Positions 42,844 through 51,810 of a DNA stretch of 64,000 nt are shown here, in pieces. Within the stretch, counting starts at the first letter, position 1. Every line of letters starts with the position of its first letter. This DNA comes from an uncultured Gammaproteobacteria bacterium. GTDB taxonomy: Bacteria; Pseudomonadota; Gammaproteobacteria; Poriferisulfidales; GCA-002705445. The DNA is taken from the NCBI GenBank assembly GCA_913050095.1, contig CAJXAV010000001.1:564-64563 (forward strand). The letters are read 5' to 3'. Position numbers and translations under genes: made by a program. The notes below the pieces were generated by a model. That model did not search any database and was not told where the DNA came from. It saw nothing but the letters and a program-made list of their open reading frames with translations.

Positions 42844-43238
42844 GTTTTAGAATATTACAATTAGATGGTTTAGCAGTTAATATAAAAAAAGATAATAATG
42901 AATTATTTTTTTACTTTCAAAATGCCAATATTAGAAAGACAATGGACGACGCAGAAGAAAAAACGTTGTGGACTCAAGATGGTAAAATAAAATTGACAAA
43001 TGTGTCTGATTTTCAAAATTTAGAATTACTCGATTATAAAATTGAATCAATAGAAATTAGTTATGATTTTTATACCTATAAAAATATGCTAATGCTTCCT
43101 TTTTTAAAAAAAGGGGTTATTGATTTAAAAATAAAATTTAAAAACGAAGACAATATTATAAATATTAATTGTCGTGAAATAGAAATTATTTTAAAAGATA
43201 ACGCGAAATATATTCGTCATATAAAGAAAACGGAGTAA
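42840..43238 (+). CDS. hypothetical protein (132 aa, no recognisable domain)
   Basis: Its ATG overlaps the gshA stop (ATGA) and the next gene starts 5 nt after its stop, implying co-translation within a gshA operon; composition matches the surrounding genes. Confidence 0.5.
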   Translation: MSFRILQLDGLAVNIKKDNNELFFYFQNANIRKTMDDAEEKTLWTQDGKIKLTNVSDFQNLELLDYKIESIEISYDFYTYKNMLMLPFLKKGVIDLKIKFKNEDNIININCREIEIILKDNAKYIRHIKKTE

Positions 43239-43242
43239 AAAA

Positions 43243-44145
43243 ATGAAATTGTATATGGTTGAGCATAATAATTTAGAATTATTAGCTATTAGTGATGATG
43301 GAAAAGAGTTTCTTGTTCCTAAGATGTTAGATAATTGCCCTGATTTTTATAAAACTGTTCAGAATTTCTTAAATTATAATAATAAAAATAAAAATGCTGA
43401 GCTTTTGGATTTCATAGGAAGCTCAAATCTAAATTCAATATCTATTCAAAAAAATAAAATTTTAGCGCCAATACAAAGACCGCAGCAAAACATAATTTGT
43501 ATGGGTTTAAATTATGAAGATCACATAAAAGAATCTGAAAAAGTTTTTCTAAAGGATATTAAAAGACCAAAACATCCAATAATTTTTACTAAATCATCAT
43601 TGAGTATCAATTCTCCATATGGTGAAATACCTTTGAGAAAAGAAGTTTCAGAAGAAATTGATTGGGAGTCAGAATTAGCAGTAATTATTGGTAAAGCTGG
43701 AATTCGTATTAAAAAAGAAGAGGCATATGAATATATTTATGGTTATACAGTATTAAACGATGTTTCTGCTAGAGATATCCAAAGAAATCATAAACAGTTT
43801 TTTTTAGGGAAAAGTCTACCAGGCTCGTGCCCAATCGGGCCATGCATAGTGTCAAAAAATGAAATAAATAATCCACATAACTTAAAAATATCTTGTAGAG
43901 TCAACGATCTTATTAAACAAGAATCTAATACAAGTTATCAAATTTTTGATATTCCTACACAATTAGAAACAATTTCAAAAAGCACTTATCTTATGCCTGG
44001 TGATATTATAGCAACAGGTACGCCGAGTGGTGTTGGATTTGCAAGAACTCCGCCAGAATTTTTAAAAGATGGCGATATTGTTGAGTGTGAAATCGAAGGA
44101 ATTGGCAAAATCATAAATAAAGTAATTGACAGATCTTACCAGTAA
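43243..44145 (+). CDS. fumarylacetoacetate hydrolase (FAH) family protein
   Basis: 300 aa; FAH-fold conserved blocks (ICMGLNYEDH, ESELAVIIGK, PGDIIATGTPSGVG). Confidence 0.8.
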   Translation: MKLYMVEHNNLELLAISDDGKEFLVPKMLDNCPDFYKTVQNFLNYNNKNKNAELLDFIGSSNLNSISIQKNKILAPIQRPQQNIICMGLNYEDHIKESEKVFLKDIKRPKHPIIFTKSSLSINSPYGEIPLRKEVSEEIDWESELAVIIGKAGIRIKKEEAYEYIYGYTVLNDVSARDIQRNHKQFFLGKSLPGSCPIGPCIVSKNEINNPHNLKISCRVNDLIKQESNTSYQIFDIPTQLETISKSTYLMPGDIIATGTPSGVGFARTPPEFLKDGDIVECEIEGIGKIINKVIDRSYQ

Positions 44146-44882
44146 TTTTCAGTTGTTATATGCCCAGGTGAATTTCTTCTGTGTTTTTTTAAACCAATTT
44201 TTTTTAATGCTAGTGTTGTATCTTTAACCATATCAGGGTTTCCACATAGCATTACATGAGTTTCTTTAGGATTCATTTCAACTCCAGCTTTATTTTGTAG
44301 TTCATTTTTAGCTATACTATTTGGAATCCTTCCTTTGATAGAGTGTTCTGTATTCTCTCTACTAACGTATGTAATATAAATGAATCGATCTCCATATTTA
44401 TCGCTAATTTCCTTTATAGTTTCTTGATATGTAAGTTCTTTACTGTATCTAACAGCATGAACTAGTATTACTTTTTTAAATTTACTCCATGATTCATCTG
44501 TTTTTAAGATCGATAGGTATGGGCCTATGGCAGTTCCAGTAGCTAACATCCATATATTATCTACACTTGGTATTTCTTCTAATATAAGAAAACCATTACC
44601 TGTTGGGCCAACATTTATTTGTGCGCCATTATCAAGTTTCTGAAGTGCAGTTGAAAGTGGACCATTTGGAACAGATACAGAGTAAAACTCTAAGAGTTCT
44701 TCATTTGGTGAATTAACAAAAGAATATGGTCTTGCAATTTCTTGATTATCAATATTTAAAGAAATCTTTGTATATTGCCCAGCAATGAATTTTACTTCAG
44801 GAGCACTAATTCTTATAGAGTATAGAGAATCTGTCCAATGTTTGACACTTACAACTTCTCCTTGTATCCATTTTTTTGTCAT
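44136..44882 (-). CDS. fpr: ferredoxin/flavodoxin--NADP+ reductase
   Basis: 248 aa; FAD-binding RPYS-type motif (RPYSFVNSP) and an NAD(P)-binding domain; same length as E. coli Fpr. Confidence 0.8.
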   Translation of the reverse strand: MTKKWIQGEVVSVKHWTDSLYSIRISAPEVKFIAGQYTKISLNIDNQEIARPYSFVNSPNEELLEFYSVSVPNGPLSTALQKLDNGAQINVGPTGNGFLILEEIPSVDNIWMLATGTAIGPYLSILKTDESWSKFKKVILVHAVRYSKELTYQETIKEISDKYGDRFIYITYVSRENTEHSIKGRIPNSIAKNELQNKAGVEMNPKETHVMLCGNPDMVKDTTLALKKIGLKKHRRNSPGHITTENYW

Positions 44883-44971
44883 AATATTATAAATAATCTC
44901 GCTAAAATGGTTATACTATACATAATTGTGCATAAAACAATCTATATAATATAAAAACAAGCAAAAATTAT

Positions 44972-46486
44972 ATGAAAATAAATTACATAAAAGAAATAAA
45001 TGAAAGCAATGTATACGATGTTGCAGAAAAAACACCATTGACATTGTTGACTAAAATTTCTACAAAATACGAGAATACTATTTATTTAAAAAGAGAGGAT
45101 TTACAGCCTATTTTTTCTTTCAAATGCCGTGGGGCATATAATAAAATTAGCAATCTTAATAAAACACAGATAGCTAAAGGAATAATAGCTGCATCAGCGG
45201 GTAATCATGCCCAAGGCGTTGCATTATCAGCCTCTAAATTAAATATTGATGCTAAAATTGTAATGCCAACAACAACACCATCTATAAAAATAGAATCTGT
45301 AAAAAAATTTGGTGTGCAAGTTGTCCTTTTTGGTGATTCTTTTGATGAGGCGTATGATTTTGCAGTAGAGGCCTCAAAAAAAGAAGAAAGGGTGTTCATC
45401 CATCCATTTGATGATCCATTGGTAATAGCAGGACAAGGCACAGTAGCAAAGGAAATAGTGGAGCAATCTAATGAGGAACCCGATATTTTTTTTATACCAG
45501 TTGGAGGTGGCGGCCTTATGTCAGGGATGTCGATTTACTTAAAAAAGTATTATCCAAATGCAAAAATATATGGAGTTGAGTCTGAGGATGCGCCAACTTT
45601 ACATACGTCCTTGGAGAATAATAAACCAACTAGCTTAGACCAAGTTGGGTTATTCGTTGATGGATGTGCGGTAAAAAGAATTGGTGATGAGACGTTCAAT
45701 ATATCTAAAAATTATGTCGACGGTGTGATATTAGTGTCAATTGATGAAACTTGCGCAGCTATAAAAGACATATATGAAGACACAAGAGTAATGTCTGAGC
45801 CAGCTGGAGCATTGTCGGTAGCAGGAATGAAAAAGTTTATTGTAAGCAACAATATAAAAAATAAAAAAATTGTGACTATAAACTCTGGTGCAAATCTTAA
45901 TTTTGATAGATTAAGGCATGTAACTGAAAGAGCAGAGATAGGAGAAGGTAGAGAAGTTTTGTTATCAGTTAAAATTCCTGAAAAATCTGGTAGCTTTAGG
46001 GAATTTTGTGAAGTAATAGGCAGAAGAAGTATTAGCGAGTTTAATTATAGATATGCTAGTAATAATTCAGCAAATGTTTTTGTAGGTATAAAGACTGATA
46101 ATATAGCCGAAGACACAAAAAAAATATCTAGCGACTTAAATAGTAAGAATTATGATTTTATAGACCTTACTAAAGACGAGGTTGCTAAATTACATTTAAG
46201 ATATATGGTGGGCGGGAAGCCAAACTCAAAAATTAATGAAAAACTATTTCGATTTGAGTTTCCTGAAAAACCTGGAGCATTATTAAATTTTTTAAATAAA
46301 ATGAAAAGTGATTGGAATATCACTTTATTTCATTACAGAAATCATGGTTCTGCATTTGGAAGGGTTCTCGTCGGAATTGATATTTTAGATTGTAGTGAGC
46401 ATGATTTAGGAGAATTTTTGACAGATTTAGGTTATAAGTTTACCGATGAGACGAATAACAAAGGATATTCATCTTTTTTGAAATAA
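44972..46486 (+). CDS. ilvA: threonine dehydratase, biosynthetic (with C-terminal ACT-like regulatory domains)
   Basis: 504 aa; PLP Lys motif (SFKCRGA), GGGGL glycine loop and two C-terminal regulatory domains. Confidence 0.9.
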   Translation: MKINYIKEINESNVYDVAEKTPLTLLTKISTKYENTIYLKREDLQPIFSFKCRGAYNKISNLNKTQIAKGIIAASAGNHAQGVALSASKLNIDAKIVMPTTTPSIKIESVKKFGVQVVLFGDSFDEAYDFAVEASKKEERVFIHPFDDPLVIAGQGTVAKEIVEQSNEEPDIFFIPVGGGGLMSGMSIYLKKYYPNAKIYGVESEDAPTLHTSLENNKPTSLDQVGLFVDGCAVKRIGDETFNISKNYVDGVILVSIDETCAAIKDIYEDTRVMSEPAGALSVAGMKKFIVSNNIKNKKIVTINSGANLNFDRLRHVTERAEIGEGREVLLSVKIPEKSGSFREFCEVIGRRSISEFNYRYASNNSANVFVGIKTDNIAEDTKKISSDLNSKNYDFIDLTKDEVAKLHLRYMVGGKPNSKINEKLFRFEFPEKPGALLNFLNKMKSDWNITLFHYRNHGSAFGRVLVGIDILDCSEHDLGEFLTDLGYKFTDETNNKGYSSFLK

Positions 46487-46492
46487 AAAAAA

Positions 46493-46508
46493 GGCCTCTT
46501 AAGAGGCC
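46493..46508. terminator. bidirectional rho-independent terminator (perfect palindrome)
   Basis: GGCCTCTT|AAGAGGCC flanked by A8 upstream and T3 downstream; it serves convergent ilvA (+) and the lysine-rich gene (-), and the T-run is stronger on the minus strand. Confidence 0.7.
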
Positions 46509-46531
46509 TTTAATATTGCTACCTAACGAAA

Positions 46532-46858
46532 CTATCTTTTCCTTCTTGTAGTTTTACGTTTAGCTACTTTCTTTTTAACTTTACGCTTAGCTACTTTCTT
46601 CTTCACTTTACGCTTAGTTACTTTCTTCTTCACTTTACGCTTAGTTACTTTTTTCTTCACTTTACGCTTAGTTACTTTTTTCTTTGCTGCTTTTCTTTTT
46701 GTTACTTTTTTCTTAGCTTTCTTTTTAACTTTACGCTTAGTTACTTTTTTCTTAGTTACTTTACGCTTAGTTACTTTCTTTTTAGCTGCTTTTCTTACAA
46801 CTTTTTTCTTTGCAGCTGACTTTCTTACTACCTTCTTCTTCTTTCGTTTAATGGCCAT
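46532..46858 (-). CDS. histone H1-like lysine-rich (poly-K) DNA-binding protein, repeats of KKKVTKRKV
   Basis: 108 aa, over 60% Lys/Arg with tandem 9-aa repeats; intact ORF with a strong GGAGG Shine-Dalgarno 7 nt upstream of the ATG; resembles AlgP, BpH1 and Hc1-type bacterial H1-like proteins. Confidence 0.65.
   Translation of the reverse strand: MAIKRKKKKVVRKSAAKKKVVRKAAKKKVTKRKVTKKKVTKRKVKKKAKKKVTKRKAAKKKVTKRKVKKKVTKRKVKKKVTKRKVKKKVAKRKVKKKVAKRKTTRRKR
46578..46790. repeat. 27-bp tandem coding repeats (unit about CACTTTACGCTTAGTTACTTTCTTCTT)
   Basis: At least five near-identical tandem copies visible within the lysine-rich gene, each encoding KKKVTKRKV. Confidence 0.8.
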
Positions 46859-47094
46859 TTAAATCCTCCAAAACACTTAAAAGTTGGTTATCAAATAAAA
46901 GTGTAATGATCTAAATACAAAATACAATCTTTTTTTTTATTTAAAAACATAACTTTTAAAGATTGTAGGTAAATACATTGAAAAAATATTTTTTTTTGTT
47001 GTTTTTACAAATATTTCTTAATATTTTATTTTAATTTTTCATTTTTAAAGCTTTTTTGTTAATTAATTAACTTATTTCTTGGTTTTTTAATAAA

Positions 47095-47225
47095 ATTTTT
47101 TAAGTTTTTAAGTTTTTTTTTAGTATTTTTTAAGTTTTTAAGTTTTTTTTTAGTATTTTTTAAGTTTTTTTTGTTTTTTTACAGTTATTTTAAGTTTTTT
47201 TTGTTTATTTTTTGTTTTTTTAGTC
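47095..47225. repeat. T-rich intergenic tandem repeats (perfect 30-bp duplication plus degenerate copies)
   Basis: 47101-47130 and 47131-47160 are identical (TAAGTTTTTAAGTTTTTTTTTAGTATTTTT), followed by two copies of TAAGTTTTTTTTGTTT...; these are phased A-tracts on the minus strand. Confidence 0.8.
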
Positions 47226-47294
47226 TTTTTATAAAAAAATTATGTTTTTTTGTTTTTTTTTATAAATTTTTAAATTTTAGATGATTTTGAAAGG

Positions 47295-47466
47295 AAAAAA
47301 CCGATGTACCGTTATTATTAATTTTCCTTGAACCGTTGAGTTCAGGTGGGTCTAAGTTTAAAACTTTAGGCTTCCTAAATAATAGGTTTGCACACCAGAT
47401 TTTAGTAACTTAATCCCTTTTAAAAAATTAGGAACAAAGATATAACAACAATATCGTGTACATCAG
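47295..47466 (-). ncRNA. ssrS: 6S RNA (ssrS)
   Basis: On the minus strand immediately downstream of zapA, the conserved ssrS position. The sequence contains GGAAGCCUAAAG and CACCUGAACUCAACGGUUCAAGG, matching E. coli 6S GAGAAGCCUUAAAAC and CACCUUGAACCAAGGGUUCAAGG. The 5' GAUGUAC...GUUGUUAU and 3' AUAAUAAC.GUACAUC ends pair as a closing stem, followed by a U-run. Confidence 0.65.
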
Positions 47467-47523
47467 TTCTTATTTGAATATATCAAATTAGTTCGTTATA
47501 GACCAGTGTATAAAATATGAAAA

Positions 47524-47826
47524 TTAATTTTGAATTAACAAGTCTAATTTTTGATTTAAATTAGAAATTTTTTGTTTCACTGAAGAATTCAATGTGTTTG
47601 TCATATCTTTATGATTTAATGAATCACTTGCGAAATTTAAAGCTGAGATTACAGCAATTCTATCAAGACCAATAGTTTTTCCTTCAGCTTTTGTCTTCAT
47701 CATTTTATCATTCAGTAGCTCGGCTGATTTCATCAAAGCATCTTTTTCATTACTGGCGCAGAAAACGTCATAGTTTTGATTAAGAATTTTAACTGTTACA
47801 GGGATTTTGTTACTTTCATTGTCCAT
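47524..47826 (-). CDS. zapA: cell division protein ZapA
   Basis: 100 aa; ZapA-like N-terminal sequence (VTVKILNQNYDV...) and conserved position upstream of ssrS and divergent from pepP. Confidence 0.8.
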   Translation of the reverse strand: MDNESNKIPVTVKILNQNYDVFCASNEKDALMKSAELLNDKMMKTKAEGKTIGLDRIAVISALNFASDSLNHKDMTNTLNSSVKQKISNLNQKLDLLIQN

Positions 47827-48059
47827 TACTGAGTGTACTCCAGCGATCTTAGTCTATTTATTATTCCTTCTACTTTTGTTTGAACTTTTTGATTTTTTTC
47901 TTTGATTTTGAATTTTTCAGACACTTCTTTTTCTTGTCTTTCTCTTAGAAGTTGATTTTCTTTCTTTAGTTCTAAATATTTGTTAGACAATATCTCTATT
48001 TTGCTTTCAAGTTCGTCTAGCTCTTTATTTAGTTCAGATATTATGTGATCATTATTCAT
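47826..48059 (-). CDS. coiled-coil protein of the TIGR02449 / ZapB-like family
   Basis: 77 aa all-coiled-coil (heptad Leu/Glu/Lys pattern) directly upstream of and overlapping zapA, as in Pseudomonas. Confidence 0.55.
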   Translation of the reverse strand: MNNDHIISELNKELDELESKIEILSNKYLELKKENQLLRERQEKEVSEKFKIKEKNQKVQTKVEGIINRLRSLEYTQ

Positions 48060-48143
48060 ATATTAGTTATATTATTCTTGCAGGCTTTGTAGGTCAATAG
48101 AAAATTACTAATTTATTTATATATAATTTTTTGACAAGTGAAT

Positions 48144-49445
48144 ATGAAATTATCAGAATTACAGAATAGAAGGCTAGCATTGATTAGTGAAATGCCAGAA
48201 AATTCTGTGGCTATATTATCATCTGCTAATAGAAATTATAGGACTAGAGATGTTGAAAATCCTTATAGGCAAGATAGTGATTTTTTATATATCAATGGTT
48301 TAAGCGAACCAAATCTTGTAAGTATTATTTATAAAGAAAACAATGAACCAAAAACAGTTCTATTTCGCGATAATACATCTGAACATGAGAAAATATGGGA
48401 AGGAAACCGCCTGGATAACAATGATATAAAAAAGCTTTATGGTTTTAACGAAATTCTTAACTATAGCGATTATAAAAATAAAATTCTAAATTATCTGGAA
48501 AATAAAAATAGCTTGTATATAGAGCTTGGAATAAATTGTGAATTAGACGATATTATTCAAAAACAGGTTAAAAAATCTGGAAAAAATGATAGAAAAAAAT
48601 CTGTATTTCCAAAAAAAATTGTAGCATTACACTCAATAACCCACAATTTAAGATTAATAAAGAGTGATTATGAGATAAAAATGATAAAAGATGCAGTAAA
48701 TGTGTCAATCAATGGCCATAAAGAGGCAATGAAAAAGGCAAAACCTGGAATTTATGAATACGAATTAGATGCAGAAATAAAGTATATTTTTAATAAAAAT
48801 AATATGCATCATGCATATATGTCAATCGTTGGAAGTGGAAATAATGCGTGCACACTCCATTATATAAAAAATGATTGTTTACTTAAAGAAAACCAGTTGG
48901 TGTTAATTGATGCTGCTGCAGAGAATCAAGGATATGCATCGGATATCACAAGAACATTTCCTGTAGGTGGAAAATTCACAGAAAAGCAATCAAAAGTATA
49001 TGATGTAGTTTTAAAAGCCCAAGAAAAAACCATTGATTTTGTCAGACCAGGGGTTACTTGGGATGATGTACATCAAGTAACGGTTAATGAGATATCAATG
49101 GGTTTAATAGAGTTAGGTTTATTAAATGAAAGTATTGAAAAAGTTATTGAAGAAGAATTATATAAAGATTTTTTTATGCACAAGACAGGGCATTGGCTTG
49201 GCCTTGATGTACACGATGTTGGAGAATATGAAAATATTAAGTTTAAGCCCGGAATGATAATAACAGTCGAGCCTGGAATATACATTTCATCATTAAATAA
49301 AAAAATTCCAAAAGAATGGAGAGGTATAGGAGTTAGAATTGAAGATGATGTGTTGATAACTAAAAATGGAAATGAAGTATTAACATCTGGGCTTGCAAAA
49401 AAACGCTCCGAAATTGAATTATTGTGTGATATGAAAAATGGATAA
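48144..49445 (+). CDS. pepP: Xaa-Pro aminopeptidase
   Basis: M24B peptidase with metal ligands (DAAAE..., HGLGLDVHD, E-x-G); start placed at the ATG (MKLSELQNRRL), which aligns with the E. coli PepP N-terminus; the ORF-track start 48138 is a GTG. Confidence 0.9.
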   Translation: MKLSELQNRRLALISEMPENSVAILSSANRNYRTRDVENPYRQDSDFLYINGLSEPNLVSIIYKENNEPKTVLFRDNTSEHEKIWEGNRLDNNDIKKLYGFNEILNYSDYKNKILNYLENKNSLYIELGINCELDDIIQKQVKKSGKNDRKKSVFPKKIVALHSITHNLRLIKSDYEIKMIKDAVNVSINGHKEAMKKAKPGIYEYELDAEIKYIFNKNNMHHAYMSIVGSGNNACTLHYIKNDCLLKENQLVLIDAAAENQGYASDITRTFPVGGKFTEKQSKVYDVVLKAQEKTIDFVRPGVTWDDVHQVTVNEISMGLIELGLLNESIEKVIEEELYKDFFMHKTGHWLGLDVHDVGEYENIKFKPGMIITVEPGIYISSLNKKIPKEWRGIGVRIEDDVLITKNGNEVLTSGLAKKRSEIELLCDMKNG

Positions 49446-50649
49446 AGAAAAAGATAATATAATTATGATTGGGGCAGGCTTAACAGGATTAGCTTTTTGT
49501 AACTTATTAAAAAACACAAATTTAAATATATCCTTGGTAGATATGCAGCCAAAATCATTTTATAAAAAAATAGATAATAATAGATATATAGTATTATCAA
49601 ACACAAGCAAAATTATATTTGATAGTTTAGGTCTATGGAGCAAAATAAATACGCATTGTACAAAAGTAAAAAATATACATATTTCAAAAAAAAATATATT
49701 CGGTTCTACAATTGTAAAATCAAAAGACGAAAATTTAGATTCTCTTGGTTATCAAATCTCAATTAAAGAATTAATTAAAATTCTTTATGAAAATATTGAA
49801 AAAGAAAAAAATATTAAATTTATTCATGAAGCAAAAGTTATGAATGTAAAACAAAGTAATGGTGTTAAAGTAAAATATATCAAAAATTCAATAGAAAAAA
49901 TTATCACGTCAGATGCAGTAATTTTCTCGACCGGCTCATCAGAAGATATTATTAGTGAAATTTTTCTAGACAAAGTACAAAAAGATTACCAACAAAATGC
50001 AATTACATGTGAACTAGTATCTGACATATACAATTCAGAAACTGCATTTGAACGATTTACAAATAAAGGGATCATAGGATTAATACCTAGAAAAGAAAAT
50101 TCTTGGACATTAATATATTCAACAAATAAGGAAGAAACTGAATTAATCAATAAATTAGAAGAAACAGGCTTAAAAAATTATTTTCAAGATCTAATGGGTA
50201 AAAAATGCGGTAATATAAAAAATATCAAAAACATAAAGACTTATCCATTAAAAATGAAATATTATAAAAACTGTGCAAAGGATAACATGTGTCTCCTAGG
50301 TGATGCTGCCCATACATTACATCCTATAGCAGCACAAAGCTTTAATTTATCATTAAGAGATTGCACACAATTAACAGAAATAATAAAAAAATCAAATCTA
50401 AAAAATAAAGATAACTTTTCAGCAATATTTAAGGATTATTATGAAAAGAGAGAAAGAGAAGTGAATAGGCTACTAAAATTCACTGACTATCTCGCTTCTT
50501 TGATCCATGGCAAAGGTTTTTTTAGAAATAATCTTTTAGGAGTATCGTTTTTAATTATGGATATGAACAAATCTTTAAGGGTAAATGTGATTCGATACCT
50601 ATTAGGGGTGAATTTCTCACACTCGTTAATTTCAAATTTAAAAGAATAA
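49438..50649 (+). CDS. ubiH: FAD-dependent ubiquinone hydroxylase UbiH
   Basis: 403 aa; FAD-binding GxGxxG (IGAGLTGLA) and a UbiH/Coq6 family C-terminus; pepP-ubiH-ubiI synteny. Confidence 0.8.
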   Translation: MDKEKDNIIMIGAGLTGLAFCNLLKNTNLNISLVDMQPKSFYKKIDNNRYIVLSNTSKIIFDSLGLWSKINTHCTKVKNIHISKKNIFGSTIVKSKDENLDSLGYQISIKELIKILYENIEKEKNIKFIHEAKVMNVKQSNGVKVKYIKNSIEKIITSDAVIFSTGSSEDIISEIFLDKVQKDYQQNAITCELVSDIYNSETAFERFTNKGIIGLIPRKENSWTLIYSTNKEETELINKLEETGLKNYFQDLMGKKCGNIKNIKNIKTYPLKMKYYKNCAKDNMCLLGDAAHTLHPIAAQSFNLSLRDCTQLTEIIKKSNLKNKDNFSAIFKDYYEKREREVNRLLKFTDYLASLIHGKGFFRNNLLGVSFLIMDMNKSLRVNVIRYLLGVNFSHSLISNLKE

Positions 50650-50651
50650 TT

Positions 50652-51806
50652 ATGAATGCAGATATTATTATCGTTGGATCAGGTATTGTAGGAATGTCAC
50701 TAGCACTCTCTTTAAGTAAAGAAAACAAGAAAATTATAATAATTGAAAAAAATTTAAATGCTAGCAAAAAGATCAACAGAGTTTACTCGATTTCAGAAAA
50801 GACAAAATTTTTCTTCGAGGATATTGATGTTTGGAGGAGTATTAAAGAAGTAAATAATATAGACGGTATGTTTATTTATTATAGAAAGTATAGTGAAAAA
50901 AATCTATTAAGCTTTACAAAAAAGGAAAGCAACAAAAACATAGGGTATATAGCTCAAAGCAAAAATATTGTTCAAGAGCTTATGAAAAAGATTGAAAAAG
51001 ACGAAAAAATAACATTTATTGACAATTGTGAAGTTGAATTAATAGAAGATAACAAAAAAAATATTAAAGTATTAACAAATACAGATGTAAAAATTACGGC
51101 TTCATATTTATTTAGTTGTGAAGGCTCAAAATCAAGCATAAAAAGGAGCTTAGGTATTAAAAATATATATGATGACTATGCTTCACAAGCATTGGTTTTC
51201 AATATAGCTCATGAAATACCAAATAAAAATAAAGCATATCAAATTTTTCTTGAAAGTGGTCCAGTAGCTTTTTTGCCAGTATCAAGTAACTCATTTTCAA
51301 TGGTAATAAGTGTAAAAAATGAAAAATACGATGAAAAAAATTTTTGCGAAGACAGTATTCTCAAATTTATTAAAGATATTACAAATAATAGTTTTGGTAA
51401 AATTTCATTATCATCAAAAATAAATACATTTAAATTGATTGGTTATGATTCAGAAACATATAAGTCTGGAAAAGTATTATTTGTTGGAGATTCAGCTCAC
51501 TCTGTTCATCCACTTGCAGGCATGGGTTTAAACTTGGGAATATCAGATATTATTGAAATTAGAGATACATTGCAGAAAAGTAGTTACAAATTCGAAAACC
51601 AGAACTTTTTTTCAGGCTATGCAAGAAAGCAAAAAATTGTTAATAAAAATGCAAGACAACAACTAAAACTTATTGAGATTTTATACTCTTTTGAAAATAA
51701 ATTAGCTGGAAGTGTTATTAGAGCTGCAATGTCAAATCTACAGGGTATGCAGTATATTAAAGAAAAAATTATTAAGCATGCAAATAACAATTTAAGTTTT
51801 TTTTAA
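50652..51806 (+). CDS. ubiI: FAD-dependent ubiquinone hydroxylase UbiI (VisC) / UbiF-like
   Basis: 384 aa; GSGIVG FAD motif; paralogue immediately after ubiH as in E. coli ubiH-ubiI. Confidence 0.7.
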   Translation: MNADIIIVGSGIVGMSLALSLSKENKKIIIIEKNLNASKKINRVYSISEKTKFFFEDIDVWRSIKEVNNIDGMFIYYRKYSEKNLLSFTKKESNKNIGYIAQSKNIVQELMKKIEKDEKITFIDNCEVELIEDNKKNIKVLTNTDVKITASYLFSCEGSKSSIKRSLGIKNIYDDYASQALVFNIAHEIPNKNKAYQIFLESGPVAFLPVSSNSFSMVISVKNEKYDEKNFCEDSILKFIKDITNNSFGKISLSSKINTFKLIGYDSETYKSGKVLFVGDSAHSVHPLAGMGLNLGISDIIEIRDTLQKSSYKFENQNFFSGYARKQKIVNKNARQQLKLIEILYSFENKLAGSVIRAAMSNLQGMQYIKEKIIKHANNNLSFF

Positions 51807-51810
51807 AGAA

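Noticed and set aside
46532-46858. The poly-K ORF as a mere translation artefact of low-complexity repeat DNA
   Set aside because: The frame is open across all repeats with a proper ATG, a GGAGG Shine-Dalgarno at optimal spacing and a strong terminator. This supports a real gene, so it is kept as a feature
47095-47225. Tandem 30-bp repeats considered as a possible CRISPR array or minisatellite-encoded peptide
   Set aside because: The units are contiguous with no unique spacers and are pure low-complexity T-runs, not palindromic CRISPR-like repeats. No cas genes are nearby and no ORF spans them
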